Source of the DNA: Heterodontus francisci
Taxonomy: Eukaryota
DNA length: 64,000 nt
Direction of reading: 5' to 3'
NCBI RefSeq assembly: GCF_036365525.1
Contig: NC_090399.1
Coordinates: 13,453,558-13,517,557, forward strand
Part shown: positions 1 through 10,604 of the stretch, piece by piece
Layout of the letters: every line of letters starts with the position of its first letter
How positions within the stretch are numbered: the first letter of the stretch is position 1
Made by a program: the position numbers and the translations under genes
Notes under the pieces: model-generated
What the model was told of the DNA's origin: nothing
What the model saw: the letters and a program-made list of their open reading frames with translations, nothing else
The model's database searches: none

Positions 1-141
1 TTGGTTAGCAGGGCTTTCTTTTAGTTTAGTTGTTATAACAAAAGTCTTAAAAAGTGAAATCTTGTTGTGTAATTCTTTACATTGGTCTGGGGGTTCATAT
101 CTTGTATTTGTAGTGTTAACGGTCTCACTGAGATTGTAACA
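1..141 (+). mobile_element. 3' end of an LTR-like element (window begins inside it)
   Basis: Ends ...GGTCTCACTGAGATTGTAACA. This resembles the reverse complement of the terminus at 28971 (TGTTATGATCCCCGTGGAGACC). TG...CA-type end. Confidence 0.4.
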
Positions 142-319
142 CCAATCGACAATTGCTGCTCATTTGGCCAAAAAGATTCACTTAATGGATTTCAGCAGCT
201 AAGTGCAATGGTTAATGACTTTGGGAGTGACAAGATAGACAAAAACAGATCTTGCCTCAGGGACAACAGTTAAACAGCCAGGCAGAGGTGGGGTAACAGC
301 AGGACGAATGAGGTGCATA

Positions 320-765
320 GCCATGACTCAATCAGTAGCACTCTCAAAGTCAGAAGGTCGTAGGTTTGAGTTGCCATTCCAGCGGCCTAAGCAATTACTT
401 AGGCTTACACACCAGTGCAGTACTGACAGGCTGCTGCACTGTCAGGTGCACTGACTTTCAGATGAAACATTAAACCAAGTCTCAGTCTGGATGAAAAAGA
501 TCCCGTGGCCACTATTTCGAAGAAGAGTAGTGGCGCGTTCTTCTCCAGTGTCCTTTATTTATCCCTCAACCAACATTACTAAAGAAAAACAGATTACCTG
601 ATCATTATCACATTGCTGTTTGTGGGACCTTGCTGTGCACAAATTGGCTGCCACATTTCCTACATTACAACAGAGACTATATGTCAACAAATGTTTACAT
701 TGGCTGTAAAGCGGTTTGGGATTTCCTGAGGTAATGAAAGGTACTGTGCAAATGTAAATCTTTCT
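320..765 (+). mobile_element. Deu-domain SINE (SacSINE1-like), degraded
   Basis: Head gtagcactctcaaagtcagaaggtcgtaggtttgag; core 'gctgcactgtc...tttcagatgaaacattaaacc'; 'ttgctgtttgtgggaccttgctgtgcacaaattggctgcc'. Homologous copies at 4140-4490 and 20780-21540. Confidence 0.6.
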
Positions 766-780
766 ATAATTGGATGGCTG

Positions 781-1365
781 TTTCACAGAGCTGGCATGAT
801 GGGCTGAATGGCCTCCCCTGTGCTGTTTCACAGAGCTGGCACGATGGGCTGAATGGCCTATTCTGTGCTGTTTCACAGAGCTGGCATGATGGGCTGAATG
901 GCCTCCCCTGTGCTGTTTCACAGAGCTGGCACGATGGGCTGAATAGCCTATTCTGTGCTATTTCACAGAGCTGACACGATGGGCTGAATGGCCTCCCCTG
1001 TGCTGTTTCACAGAGCTGGCATGATGGGCTGAATGGCCTCCCCTGTGCTGTTTCACAGAGCTGGCACGATGGGCTGAATAGCCTATTCTGTGCTATTTCA
1101 CAGAGCTGGCACGATGGGCTGAATGGCCTATTCTGTGCTGTTTCACAGAGCTGGCACAATGGGCTGAATGGCCTCCCCAGTGCTGTTTCACAGAGCTGGC
1201 ATGATGGGCTGAATGGCCTCCCCTGTGCTGTTTCGCAGAGCTGGCACGATGGGCTGAATAGCCTATTCTGTGCTATTTCACAGAGCTGGCACGATGGGCT
1301 GAATGGCCTATTCTGTGCTGTTTCACAGAGCTGGCACGATGGGTTGAATGGCCTCCCCCGTGCTG
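781..1365 (+). repeat. 45-bp minisatellite, ~13 copies, derived from a CR1 3' UTR end
   Basis: Unit TTTCACAGAGCTGGCAYGATGGGCTGAATGGCCTCCCCTGTGCTG. It matches the CR1 termini in this window (e.g. 19885-19912, 23035-23062). Confidence 0.9.
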
Positions 1366-1819
1366 TGCATTCTAAGTACCAATGGGCAAACTCTTGTACA
1401 CGTCCCTTCCCTGCTCTCCCAATGTGACCTCTTATATCACTGCAAGATTACAGATGAAAATCCCTCTTCCCCACCGCCCCCTGCTCCAGTCATGTCTGGC
1501 AGATCCTGTGTAATCCCCTGCCAGGTATCAAAAGCACATGCAGCAGAGAAACCCCAGTTACTCCATTCAATGATGGCCTGGATTAGAAGACTGTGAATTC
1601 AATCCAGTATTTCCCACACATTACCCCCACACAAGAGATGACAGATAGCTGCTGACACATGGCTTGCTGGATGAATTTTCTTCCATCTCAATCCTCCCTG
1701 AGATTTTCATAGCTTGGGATAGAGTTCCAGCAAAAGAATGAGGAACCAGACTAGAGTGGCCCCTGTCAGTCATTGCAAAGCGTGCAATCGGGAGTCCTCA
1801 CACTTGTAAGAATATAATG

Positions 1820-2340
1820 CAATAGGAGCAAAAGGCTCCCCGAGCCTCCTCTACCATTCAGTAAGATCATGGCTGAGCTTCTAAATCGGCTCCGCTTTCA
1901 CGCACTGTTGCACATCCCCTGATTCCCTTAGTTCCCAAAAATTCTATCTATCTCAGTCTTGAATACCCAAAGATTCATAACTCTGAGCAATGTTTCCTCT
2001 AAGCTGTGTGACTACACAGCAACCTGGAAGTTACTGTGCAGGCCAAGCACAATCAGCCCCTTTAAGCTAGTGCCCATGCACAGCTGTGCAAAACAACTTA
2101 AAGGCCCTCCCCACTTAAATGAATAGGTTGCGCACAGTGAAAAAAAATGAGATGGGATGTTGCCTCTCAGTTAAAGAAAAATTTCTCCTCATCTCTGTCC
2201 TAAATGGCTGACCCCTTATCCTGAGCCCTCGGTCTAGATTCCTCATTCAGGAAAAACAACCTCTCAGCATCTACCTTGTCAAGCCCTCTCAGAAATTTAT
2301 GTTTCAATAAGATCACCTCTCATTTTCCTAATCTTCCTCA
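1820..2340 (-). mobile_element. CR1 LINE 3' fragments, degraded
   Basis: Reverse-strand CR1 3' motifs (aagatcatggctga..., tttctcctcatctctgtcctaaatgg..., aataagatcacctctcatt). Confidence 0.55.
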
Positions 2341-2714
2341 GTCACCTTTCCTAACTCCTCCACTGCTTCCTGCTCCATGCCCCTTATTCCCACTAGGAAG
2401 CATCTCAGACAGCTGATGTATGGTCATCGACTTGCAACATGTGTTCATGGTCATTCTAACTAAACTGGCCAGGTATGAATCCCATGGGATCGGGTCGAAT
2501 GCCAGATTTAGACCCCACCCAATATTGACATCAGTGGAAACTAAAATCGGGAGTTGGGGGGTAGGGGGGTGGGGGTGGTGGGGGTGTAAAACCACCGGTG
2601 CACCCAGTCCCTCAGTTTCCCAAATGGCAGGTTAGGTTCAAATTGCCCCAAAATATTAACCCCATGTTTCTCTCTCCGCAGGTGCTGCCTGACCTGCTGA
2701 GTGTTTATTTTATT

Positions 2715-3090
2715 CGTTCTTGGGATATGAGTATAGCTGGCACGACCAGCGTTTATTGCCCATCCCTCATTGCCCTTGAGAAGGTGGTGGTGAGCTGCCT
2801 TCTTGAACTGCTGCAGTCCATGCGGGGCAAGCACACCCACATTGCTGTTAAGAAGGGAGTTCCAGGATTTTGACCCAGCGACAGTGAAGGAACAGCGATA
2901 TAGTTCCAAGTCAGGCTGGTGTGTGACTTGGAAGGGAACCTGCAGGTGGCGGTGTTCCCATGCAGCAGCTTCCCTTGTCCTTCTAGGTGGTAAAGGTCAT
3001 GGGTTTGGAAGGTGCTGTCTAAGGAGACTTGGTGAGTTGCTGCAGTGCATCTTGTAGATGGTACACACTGCTGCCACTGTGCGGCGGTGG
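2715..3090 (-). mobile_element. 3' fragment of the same LINE family as 35980-39190
   Basis: Near-identical to 35990-36360; the ORF-track peptides share QWQQCVPSTRCTAA...QLTTTFSRA. Confidence 0.75.
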
Positions 3091-3324
3091 TTTCCAGCAT
3101 TTTATTTCCGATTTCCAGCATCCGCACTGTTTTGCTTTTGCATAGTATGTCAGGATATTTGGTAAGATGAATGGCAACGATAGGTAGACTCTGTCATATA
3201 GCAGACCAGTTTCCTGACATTTGCCTTTGGAAAACACTCACTCCCCAGTACAAAAAAGGTTAGGAATAGGGAAAGTGGGGCAGCCAGTAGAACCCTGAGG
3301 TCATCATGCAGATGACTGGGTTCA

Positions 3325-3830
3325 GACCTTAGGGTGGAGATATTGGCCCTGGAAGGAGTGCAGCACAGATTCACCAGAATGATACCGGGGCTAAAAGGGT
3401 TAAACTATGAGGACAGGTTGCATGGACCAGACTTGTGTTCCAATAAGTATCGAAGATTAAGGGGTGATCTAATTGAGGTGTTTAAGATGATTAAAGGATT
3501 TGATAGAGTAGATAGAGAGATAAACTATTTCCTCTGGTGGAGGAGTTCAGAACCAGGAAGCATAACCTTAAACTTAGACTAGACCATTCAGATGTGTTGT
3601 CTGGAAGCACTTCTTCACACAGAGCATAGTGGAAACCTGGAACTCCCTCCCCTAAAAAGTTACTATACTGTGGGGTCAATTGAAAACTTCAAATCTGAGA
3701 CTCATTAGATTTTTGTTAGGCACAGGGGTCAATGGTGACAGATGGAGGTAAGATACAGGTGAGGCATGATGTAATTGAATGGCAGAACAGGTTTGAGGGG
3801 CTGAATGGTCTCCTGCTGTTCCTATCTTCC
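3325..3830 (+). mobile_element. CR1 LINE 3' fragment
   Basis: Peptide ALEGVQHRFTRMIPGLKGLNYEDRL...RRLRGDLIEVFKMIKGFDRVD followed by the CR1 3' UTR. Confidence 0.85.
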
Positions 3831-4139
3831 TATACCTGAAGCTGCCTCTTAGTCCTACACAGCTTGTGTTCTTGTGTCGCTTCCCAATGCAAGGGGCTGT
3901 CGGGGCACTGGGCATGTGACTGAACCATGTTCATAGTCTGGTGCACCAGAATCAGGGCAGAATGGCCTGTCCAGTGCCAGGGCCAGTGGAAAACTGGGAA
4001 CATCGGCCCCTATTCACTCCTCTCAGGTGTACGTCCTGAATGTATCCTGTGTGGCGTCCATAGAAACCTTATTAGTGCTTAGGATGTGGGCAACACTTGA
4101 CAATCCTGCATATATTGTCCATCCCGAGCAACCCGAAAC

Positions 4140-4490
4140 TAGGCTGACACTCCAGTGCAGCACTGAGGGGCTGCTGCACTGTCAAAAGGGCCGTCTTTTG
4201 GATAAGATGTTAAATCGAAGCCCCATCTGCACTCTTAGGTGGAGGTAAAGGTCCCCACGTCAGTATTTCGAAGAAGAGCAGTGGCGTTCTCCCCGGTGTC
4301 CTGGGCCAATATTTATCTCCCAGTCAACATCGCTAAACATCTGGTCATTATCTTATTGCTGTTTGTGGGAGCTTGCTGTGCGCAGATTGGCTGCCGCACT
4401 CCCAACATTACAACAGTGACTACACCTCAAAAGTACTTTGTTGGCTGTAAAAGTACTTTGAAACCATGAAAGACACCATATGAATGCAAA
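4140..4490 (+). mobile_element. Deu-domain SINE (SacSINE1-like)
   Basis: aggctgacactccagtgcagcactgaggggctgctgcactgtc... homologous to 320-765. Confidence 0.65.
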
Positions 4491-5064
4491 TTATTTCAAC
4501 GTCATTATTCTCTGCACCAACAATGTTTGAATGACATTCATTCTGGATCGTATGCAGGAAGTTGGCTCGTTCTGCTTGATAAAAATGGTCTCTTTATTTG
4601 CAAAGCTGCACAGTTGGTTCAGGTCAGGGTCAAATCAGTTAAGACTGGATCAGATGCATTCTCATGATCAACTTCATTAAAAGTTAAATGGGAAAAAGAT
4701 CAATTAACACTGTGACCTCAATTACTGAACAGAGTAGAAAAACACATTCGAAAGTAACGTCGAGGAGAGTGTGCCTGGAGTTTGCAGCATGTTCCCCACT
4801 CATGACTTTGTCCAAATAACTTAGCGGTTAATGAATGGGGTACAAAAAACCAGCTCCGGTTCCACTCTCTCCCCAGAGGATGCTGAATCAATTGGGTTGT
4901 GGGCCTGCAGGATTAGCCAGACTATGGAACCTCCCCATTTTCCCATTCTCCATGTGTGAGCTTAAACAGTGATGGGCTATTCACCCATGGAGGGCATTGC
5001 TTGACATCCAGGCATGTGCAAATTCTGACAGAGGTTGCTGAATCAGGTTCAGGATTAGGAACCC

Positions 5065-5088
5065 AACCCTAACCCTAACCCTAACCCT
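5065..5088 (-). repeat. Short interstitial telomeric repeat (TTAGGG)x4
   Basis: AACCCT repeated four times. Confidence 0.75.
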
Positions 5089-6603
5089 GTTGGACCTTCA
5101 GTGGAAGGACTCCTACCCAAGTCCTCGATGAATTGAATTGACTGAACACAGCCTGGTGACTCAACCCAAGGCCTCTTGGTCTGTTTGCTTCAATGGGTTT
5201 AATAGCATAGTGGTTATGTTACTGGACTACTAATCCAGTACGATTGAACCCCTTGACCAGAGAATGTGGGTTCAAATCCCACAGTGGGAAATTTGAACTC
5301 CGCTTTCAAAAATCTCAGTGACCATCAGGCTGTCATTAAAAACCCCAACTGGTGCACTAATGCCCTTTTAGGGAGGGAAACGTGCCATCCTTACCCATTC
5401 TGGCCTACATGTGTGATTCCCATCCAGCACCACTGTGGTTGACTCTTATCCGCCCTCTGAAACACTCGATTAATAGCTACACCATACAGACTGCAGCAGT
5501 TTAAGAAGACGACCCACCTTCTCAAGGGCAGTTAGGGATAGGTAATAAACACCAGTCTCCACGGTGACACCACATCTTGAAATGAAAATAAAATCCACAC
5601 CTCTAACCACTGTTATAGGAGGCAACCACTGGTTTTGACTCTGGTAGAAACCTGCTTTCTACTGATATCACTTTGATTTGCTACGTGTTTGAGATTAGAA
5701 TAGGATTTTAGAGTTAATGTTGTGAGTGGGAAGGCAAGGCTTTGAACGCACTCAGTAATAACTGACACACTACATTAGCATCTGGGATGAACTTTGGGGC
5801 CACGACCTCAATTGTTCTATCCAGTGCTGAGGATTTTTTTTTTTCATTTATTTTCCTCTTGTTCCAGTTTGCAATCTTTGCCAGTTGTGTTCTTTAACTG
5901 AGAGGAAATGGGTTAATTAACCCTCCCTCCCTAACAGCACTGTGGGTGTACCTACACCACATGGACTACAGCGGTTCAAGAAGGCAGCTCACCACCAGCT
6001 TCACAAGGGCAATTAGGGATGGGTAACAAATGCTGGACTTGCCAGTGATGCCCACATCCCATGAATGAATTTTTTTTTTTAACCAGGGATCAAGTGAAAT
6101 GCTGGTTTTATAGCCCGCCTGATAATCAGATTCTAATTGGATCTGGTGTAAAGCCAGTGTTGCACCTGATACCATCAGCTCCCCAACTGATGGGTTGGGT
6201 TTGTGACTCTCCCTGCATCCCACTTCGGTTTAACAACTGGCTCTCTGTTTTATTACACACACACAAACACACACACCAGCTGAGAATAACTCACTGTCTG
6301 TGGACTCAGACCAGCTCTGGGTTGTTCAAATGCACTGAATGCCTTATCATGTCATGTAACCTCCTCTCCCTCGCTGCAAAACAAAAAGCTGCTGTTTCAA
6401 ATTGGACTGATTCCTAATGCTGTCAAATCGAGCTGTGTGCCTGTGCACAGATGAGCAATATATGTCAATGCTTCTGGTCCACTGGTGAACAGGATTGACA
6501 TTTAGTGAGTCAACAGCAGGAGCTGGACCTCCAGGGACTGAAGTCATTCGGGTGCATGGCATTTCATATCAGATAAGGGTTCCAGGAAAAGGGCCTGCCT
6601 GAT

Positions 6604-6775
6604 TGTGTGTGAGAGAGAGAGAGAAAGAGAGGGGAAGGAGGTGATAGGCGGAGGGATGGAGAGGGGGAGAGAGAAAGAAAAAGTGAGAGGGAGAAAAATA
6701 GAGAGAGAGGAAGTGAATGAGAGATAAAGGAGAGATAAGAGAGAACGAGAAAGAGAGAGAACACAAGAGAAATGG
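6604..6775. repeat. GA-rich low-complexity tract
   Basis: Runs of GAGA/GGAG. Confidence 0.8.
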
Positions 6776-6939
6776 ATCATGGATGGGCTGGGAGAAGTAT
6801 GAAAAAGCCCAGCCTTCTATACGTCTGCTCCCAGACTGTTTATTAATTATCTTTTTACATATTTATCCATACAGTTGATACTTATTCATACTGAGTTCCC
6901 ACACTCCACTGTCAGGCTATTATATTATTAATAATCTGA

Positions 6940-9548
6940 TATTCACTCACTCTGTGCCAAGTTCCTGCCCTCTTTTACAGGACTGTATTATTATTATTAT
7001 TAAATATATTAAATGATCTAATATTCACTGACTCTGTGCCAAGTTCCTGCCCTCTTTTACAGAACTGTATTAATAAATACATTAAATGATCTAATATTCA
7101 CTCACCGTGCTTCTTGCTGTCTGTTACAGTACTGTTATCATTAAATATATTAAAAGATCTGATATTCACTCACCTTCTGCCCAGGTCCTGCTTTCTATTA
7201 CAGAACTGTTTTATTATTAAATATATTAAATGATCTGATATTCACTCACCTTCCCCCCAGGTCCTGCTTTCTATTACAGGACTGTTTTATTATTAAATAT
7301 ATTAAATGATCTGATATTCACTCACCTTCTCCCCAGGTCCTGCTTTCTATTACAGGACTGTTTTATTATTAAATATATTAAATGATCTGATATTCACTCA
7401 CCTTCTCCCCAGGTCCTGCTTTCTATTACAGAACTGTTTTATTATTAAATATATTAAATGATCTGATATTCACTCACCTTCTCCCCAGGTCCTGCTTTCT
7501 ATTACAGGACTGTTTTATTATTAAATATATTAAATGATCTGATATTCACTCACCTTCTCCCCAGGTCCTGCTTTCTATTACAGGACTGTTTTATTATTAA
7601 ATATATTAAATGATCTGATATTCACTCACCTTCTCCCCAGCTCCTGCTTTCTATTACAGGACTGTTTTATTATTAAACATATTTAATGATTTGATATTCA
7701 CTCACCTTCTCCCTAGGTCCTGCTTTCTATTACAGGACTGTTTTATTATTAAATATATTAAATGATTTGATATTCACTCACCTTCTCCCCAGGTCCTGCT
7801 TTCCATTACAGGACTGTTTTATTATTAAATATATTAAATGATTTGATATTCACTCACCTTCTCCCCAGGTCCTGCTTTCTATTACAGGACTGTTTTATTA
7901 TTAAATATATTTAATGATTTGATATTCACTCACCTTCTCCCCAGGTCCTGCTTTCTATTACAGGACTGTTTTATTATTAAATATATTAAATGATTTGATA
8001 TTCACTCACCTTCTCCCCAGGTCCTGCTTTCTATTACAGGACTGTTTTATTATTAAATATATTAAATGATTTGATATTCACTCACCTTCTCCCCAGGTCC
8101 TGCTTTCTATTACAGGACTGTTTTATTATTAAATATATTAAATGATTTGATATTCACTCACCTTCTCCCCAGGTCCTGCTTTCTATTACAGGACTGTTTT
8201 ATTATTAAATATATTAAATGATTTGATATTCACTCACCTTCTCCCCAGGTCCTGCTTTCTATTACAGGACTGTTTTATTATTAAATATATTAAATGATTT
8301 GATATTCACTCACCTTCTCCCCAGGTCCTGCTTTCTATTACAGGACTGTTTTATTATTAAATATATTAAATGATCTGATATTCACTCACCTTCTCCCCAG
8401 GTCCTGCTTTCTATTACAGGACTGTTTTATTATTAAATATATTTAATGATCTGATATTCACTCACCTTCTGCCCAGGTCCTGCTTTCTATTACAGGACTG
8501 TTTTATTATTAAATATATTTAATGATATGATATTCACTCACCTTCTCCCCAGGTCCTGCTTTCTATTACAGGACTGTTTTATTATTAAATATATTTAATG
8601 ATCTGATATTCACTCACCTTCTCCCCAGGTCCTGCTTTCTATTACAGGACTGTTTTATTATTAAATATATTAAATGATTTGATATTCACTCACCTTCTCC
8701 CCAGGTCCTGCTTTCTATTGCAGGACTGTTTTATTATTAAATATATTTAATGATCTGATATTCACTCACCTTCTCCCCAGGTCCTGCTTTCTATTACAGG
8801 ACTGTTTTATTATTAAATATATTAAATGATCTGATATTCACTCACCTTCTCCCCAGGTCCTGCTTTCTATTACAGGACTGTTTCATTATTAAATATATTA
8901 AATGATCTGATATTCACTCACCTTCTCCCCAGGTCCTGCTTTCTATTACAGGACTGTTTTATTATTAAATATATTTAATGATTTGATATTCACTCACCTT
9001 CTCCCCAGGTCCTGCTTTCTATTACAGGACTGTTTTATTATTAAATATATTAAATGATTTGATATTCACTCACCTTCTCCCCAGGTCCTGCTTTCTATTA
9101 CAGGACTGTTTTATTATTAAATATATTTAATGATTTGATATTCACTCACCTTCTCCCCAGGTCCTGCTTTCTATTACAGGACTGTTTTATTATTAAATAT
9201 ATTAAATGATTTGATATTCACTCACCTTCTCCCCAGGTCCTGCTTTCTATTACAGGACTGTTTTATTATTAAATATATTAAATGATCTGATATTCACTCA
9301 CCTTCTCCCCAGGTCCTGCTTTCTATTACAGAACTGTTTTATTATTAAATATATTAAATGATTTGATATTCACTCACCTTCTCCCCAGGTCCTGCTTTCT
9401 ATTACAGGACTGTTTTATTATTAAATATATTAAATGATCTGATATTCACTCACCTTCTCCCCAGGTCCTGCTTTCTATTACAGGACTGTTTTATTATTAA
9501 ATATATTAAATGATCTGATATTCACTCACCTTCTCCCCAGGTCCTGCT
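6940..9548. repeat. 76-bp tandem array (~31 near-identical copies at 7163-9548, plus ~3 degenerate copies at 6940-7160) spanning the exon/intron junction of the SAPCD2-like gene
   Basis: Unit TATTCACTCACCTTCTCCCCAGGTCCTGCTTTCTATTACAGGACTGTTTTATTATTAAATATATTAAATGATYTGA; period 76 (7391 to 7467). The last unit runs directly into coding sequence at 9530. Confidence 0.95.
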
Positions 9549-9941
9549 GTCTGTCGTTGGTTTTTCGGTCCCCTTCGCCCCCGGGTCCCTTTGCTCGGAG
9601 CTGCCCAGGGGTGAGCGGTCGTATGGTCGCTGCTCCTGCCCGGCTCCCGGACCCTGGCTCTCGCTTTCTTGCTGCAGCGCCGTCCTGATGCCGGCCAGCA
9701 GGCGGGGGAAGGTGAGCCGGCCGGAGGGCGCTGCCACTCGGCGGAGGCAAGGCATCAGCCCGGGCGGCAGGGCCGGCTCCCGGCTGCTTTCCCCCCGCCA
9801 GCGGCTCTCGATCTCCCGCAGGTCCACCGAGCCGCGACCCTCCTGGTCCAGGATGTCGAAGAGGGTCCGCAGGCTGAGCAGGAAAGTGCGGGGCAGGCAG
9901 CGCTGCTGCTCCCGGGGCTGGGCCGGCTCTGCCCGGCTCAT
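9530..9941 (-). CDS. SAPCD2: First coding exon of a suppressor APC domain-containing protein (SAPCD2-like)
   Basis: Peptide LPRTFLLSLRTLFDILDQEGRGSVDLREIESRWRG...LPPGLMPCLRRVAAPSGRLTFPRLLAGIRTAL closely resembles the SAPCD2 N-terminal domain as I recall it (LPRAFLQSLRTLFDILD...VHLREIESRWQG...LTFERFVAGLRTSL). ATG at 9941; phase-1 donor AAG|GTGAGT at 9530/9529; GC/CpG-rich. Downstream exons not identified; SAPCD1 vs SAPCD2 orthology unresolved. Confidence 0.8.
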
Positions 9942-10085
9942 GCTGCCTGCTGCCTGCTGCCAGCAGCCGCGCTCAGCCCAGGCGGACTGCAGCCCAGGCG
10001 GACTGGAGCCCAGACCCGGCTCACATTGCAAAACAAGTCCCGCTCTGCTCCCCCTTTCGGGAGTATGATCCTGGGCGGAGAGGCA
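9550..10085. promoter_or_regulatory. CpG island over exon 1 / promoter of the SAPCD2-like gene
   Basis: High GC and CpG density relative to flanks; GGGCGG box at ~10072. Confidence 0.6.
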
Positions 10086-10604
10086 AGGAAAAGAGGATCA
10101 GTGTGTGTCATTCAGTGTTGTGTGTGCAGCGAGAGAGCTCAGCGATCAGAAACAAACACTGAAAGTGAAATGGAAAATGATAACAGACTGACTGAGACAG
10201 ATGATCAGCGACAAGATAGACGCACCAATGAGCACAGAAGCTGGAAAACACAAAACCAATGTTGGAAAGGTATAAAAAAAACATATACAGACGGGAAAAC
10301 ACATAAATACTGATAGGGTCAGAAATGGAAACACAGATTGGAAAGATTTAAACACAATTTTTGTGAGAGAGGGAAACCGACATAGTCATGAATAGTAAAC
10401 AAAACTGCTGGGTCGAAAAATAAACAGATATAAGGCATAAATACAAAACACAATGCAGAAATACGGATCATATAAGATGAGGTTATTTGTACTTTTCTGC
10501 ACACTTATTGCACTGAAAGAGACACTCACAGGGAACGGGATAACAGATTAATGTTCCTGTGTACTTGAGTCCAACTATCAGCCCGTGTCACTGCCCGGCC
10601 GAAT

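Noticed and set aside
559-1159. Cys/His repeat ORFs (SPSCQLCETAQ) resembling zinc fingers
   Set aside because: Translation of the CR1-derived 45-bp minisatellite.
3835-6601. Candidate downstream SAPCD exons (acceptor after the pyrimidine tract at ~6600; donor-like CAG|GTATAG at ~3835)
   Set aside because: Phase-1 continuations hit stops quickly and show no similarity to the SAPCD coiled-coil region; cannot be supported.
7163-9548. CRISPR-like regular array
   Set aside because: No unique spacers, head-to-tail tandem units, eukaryotic context.
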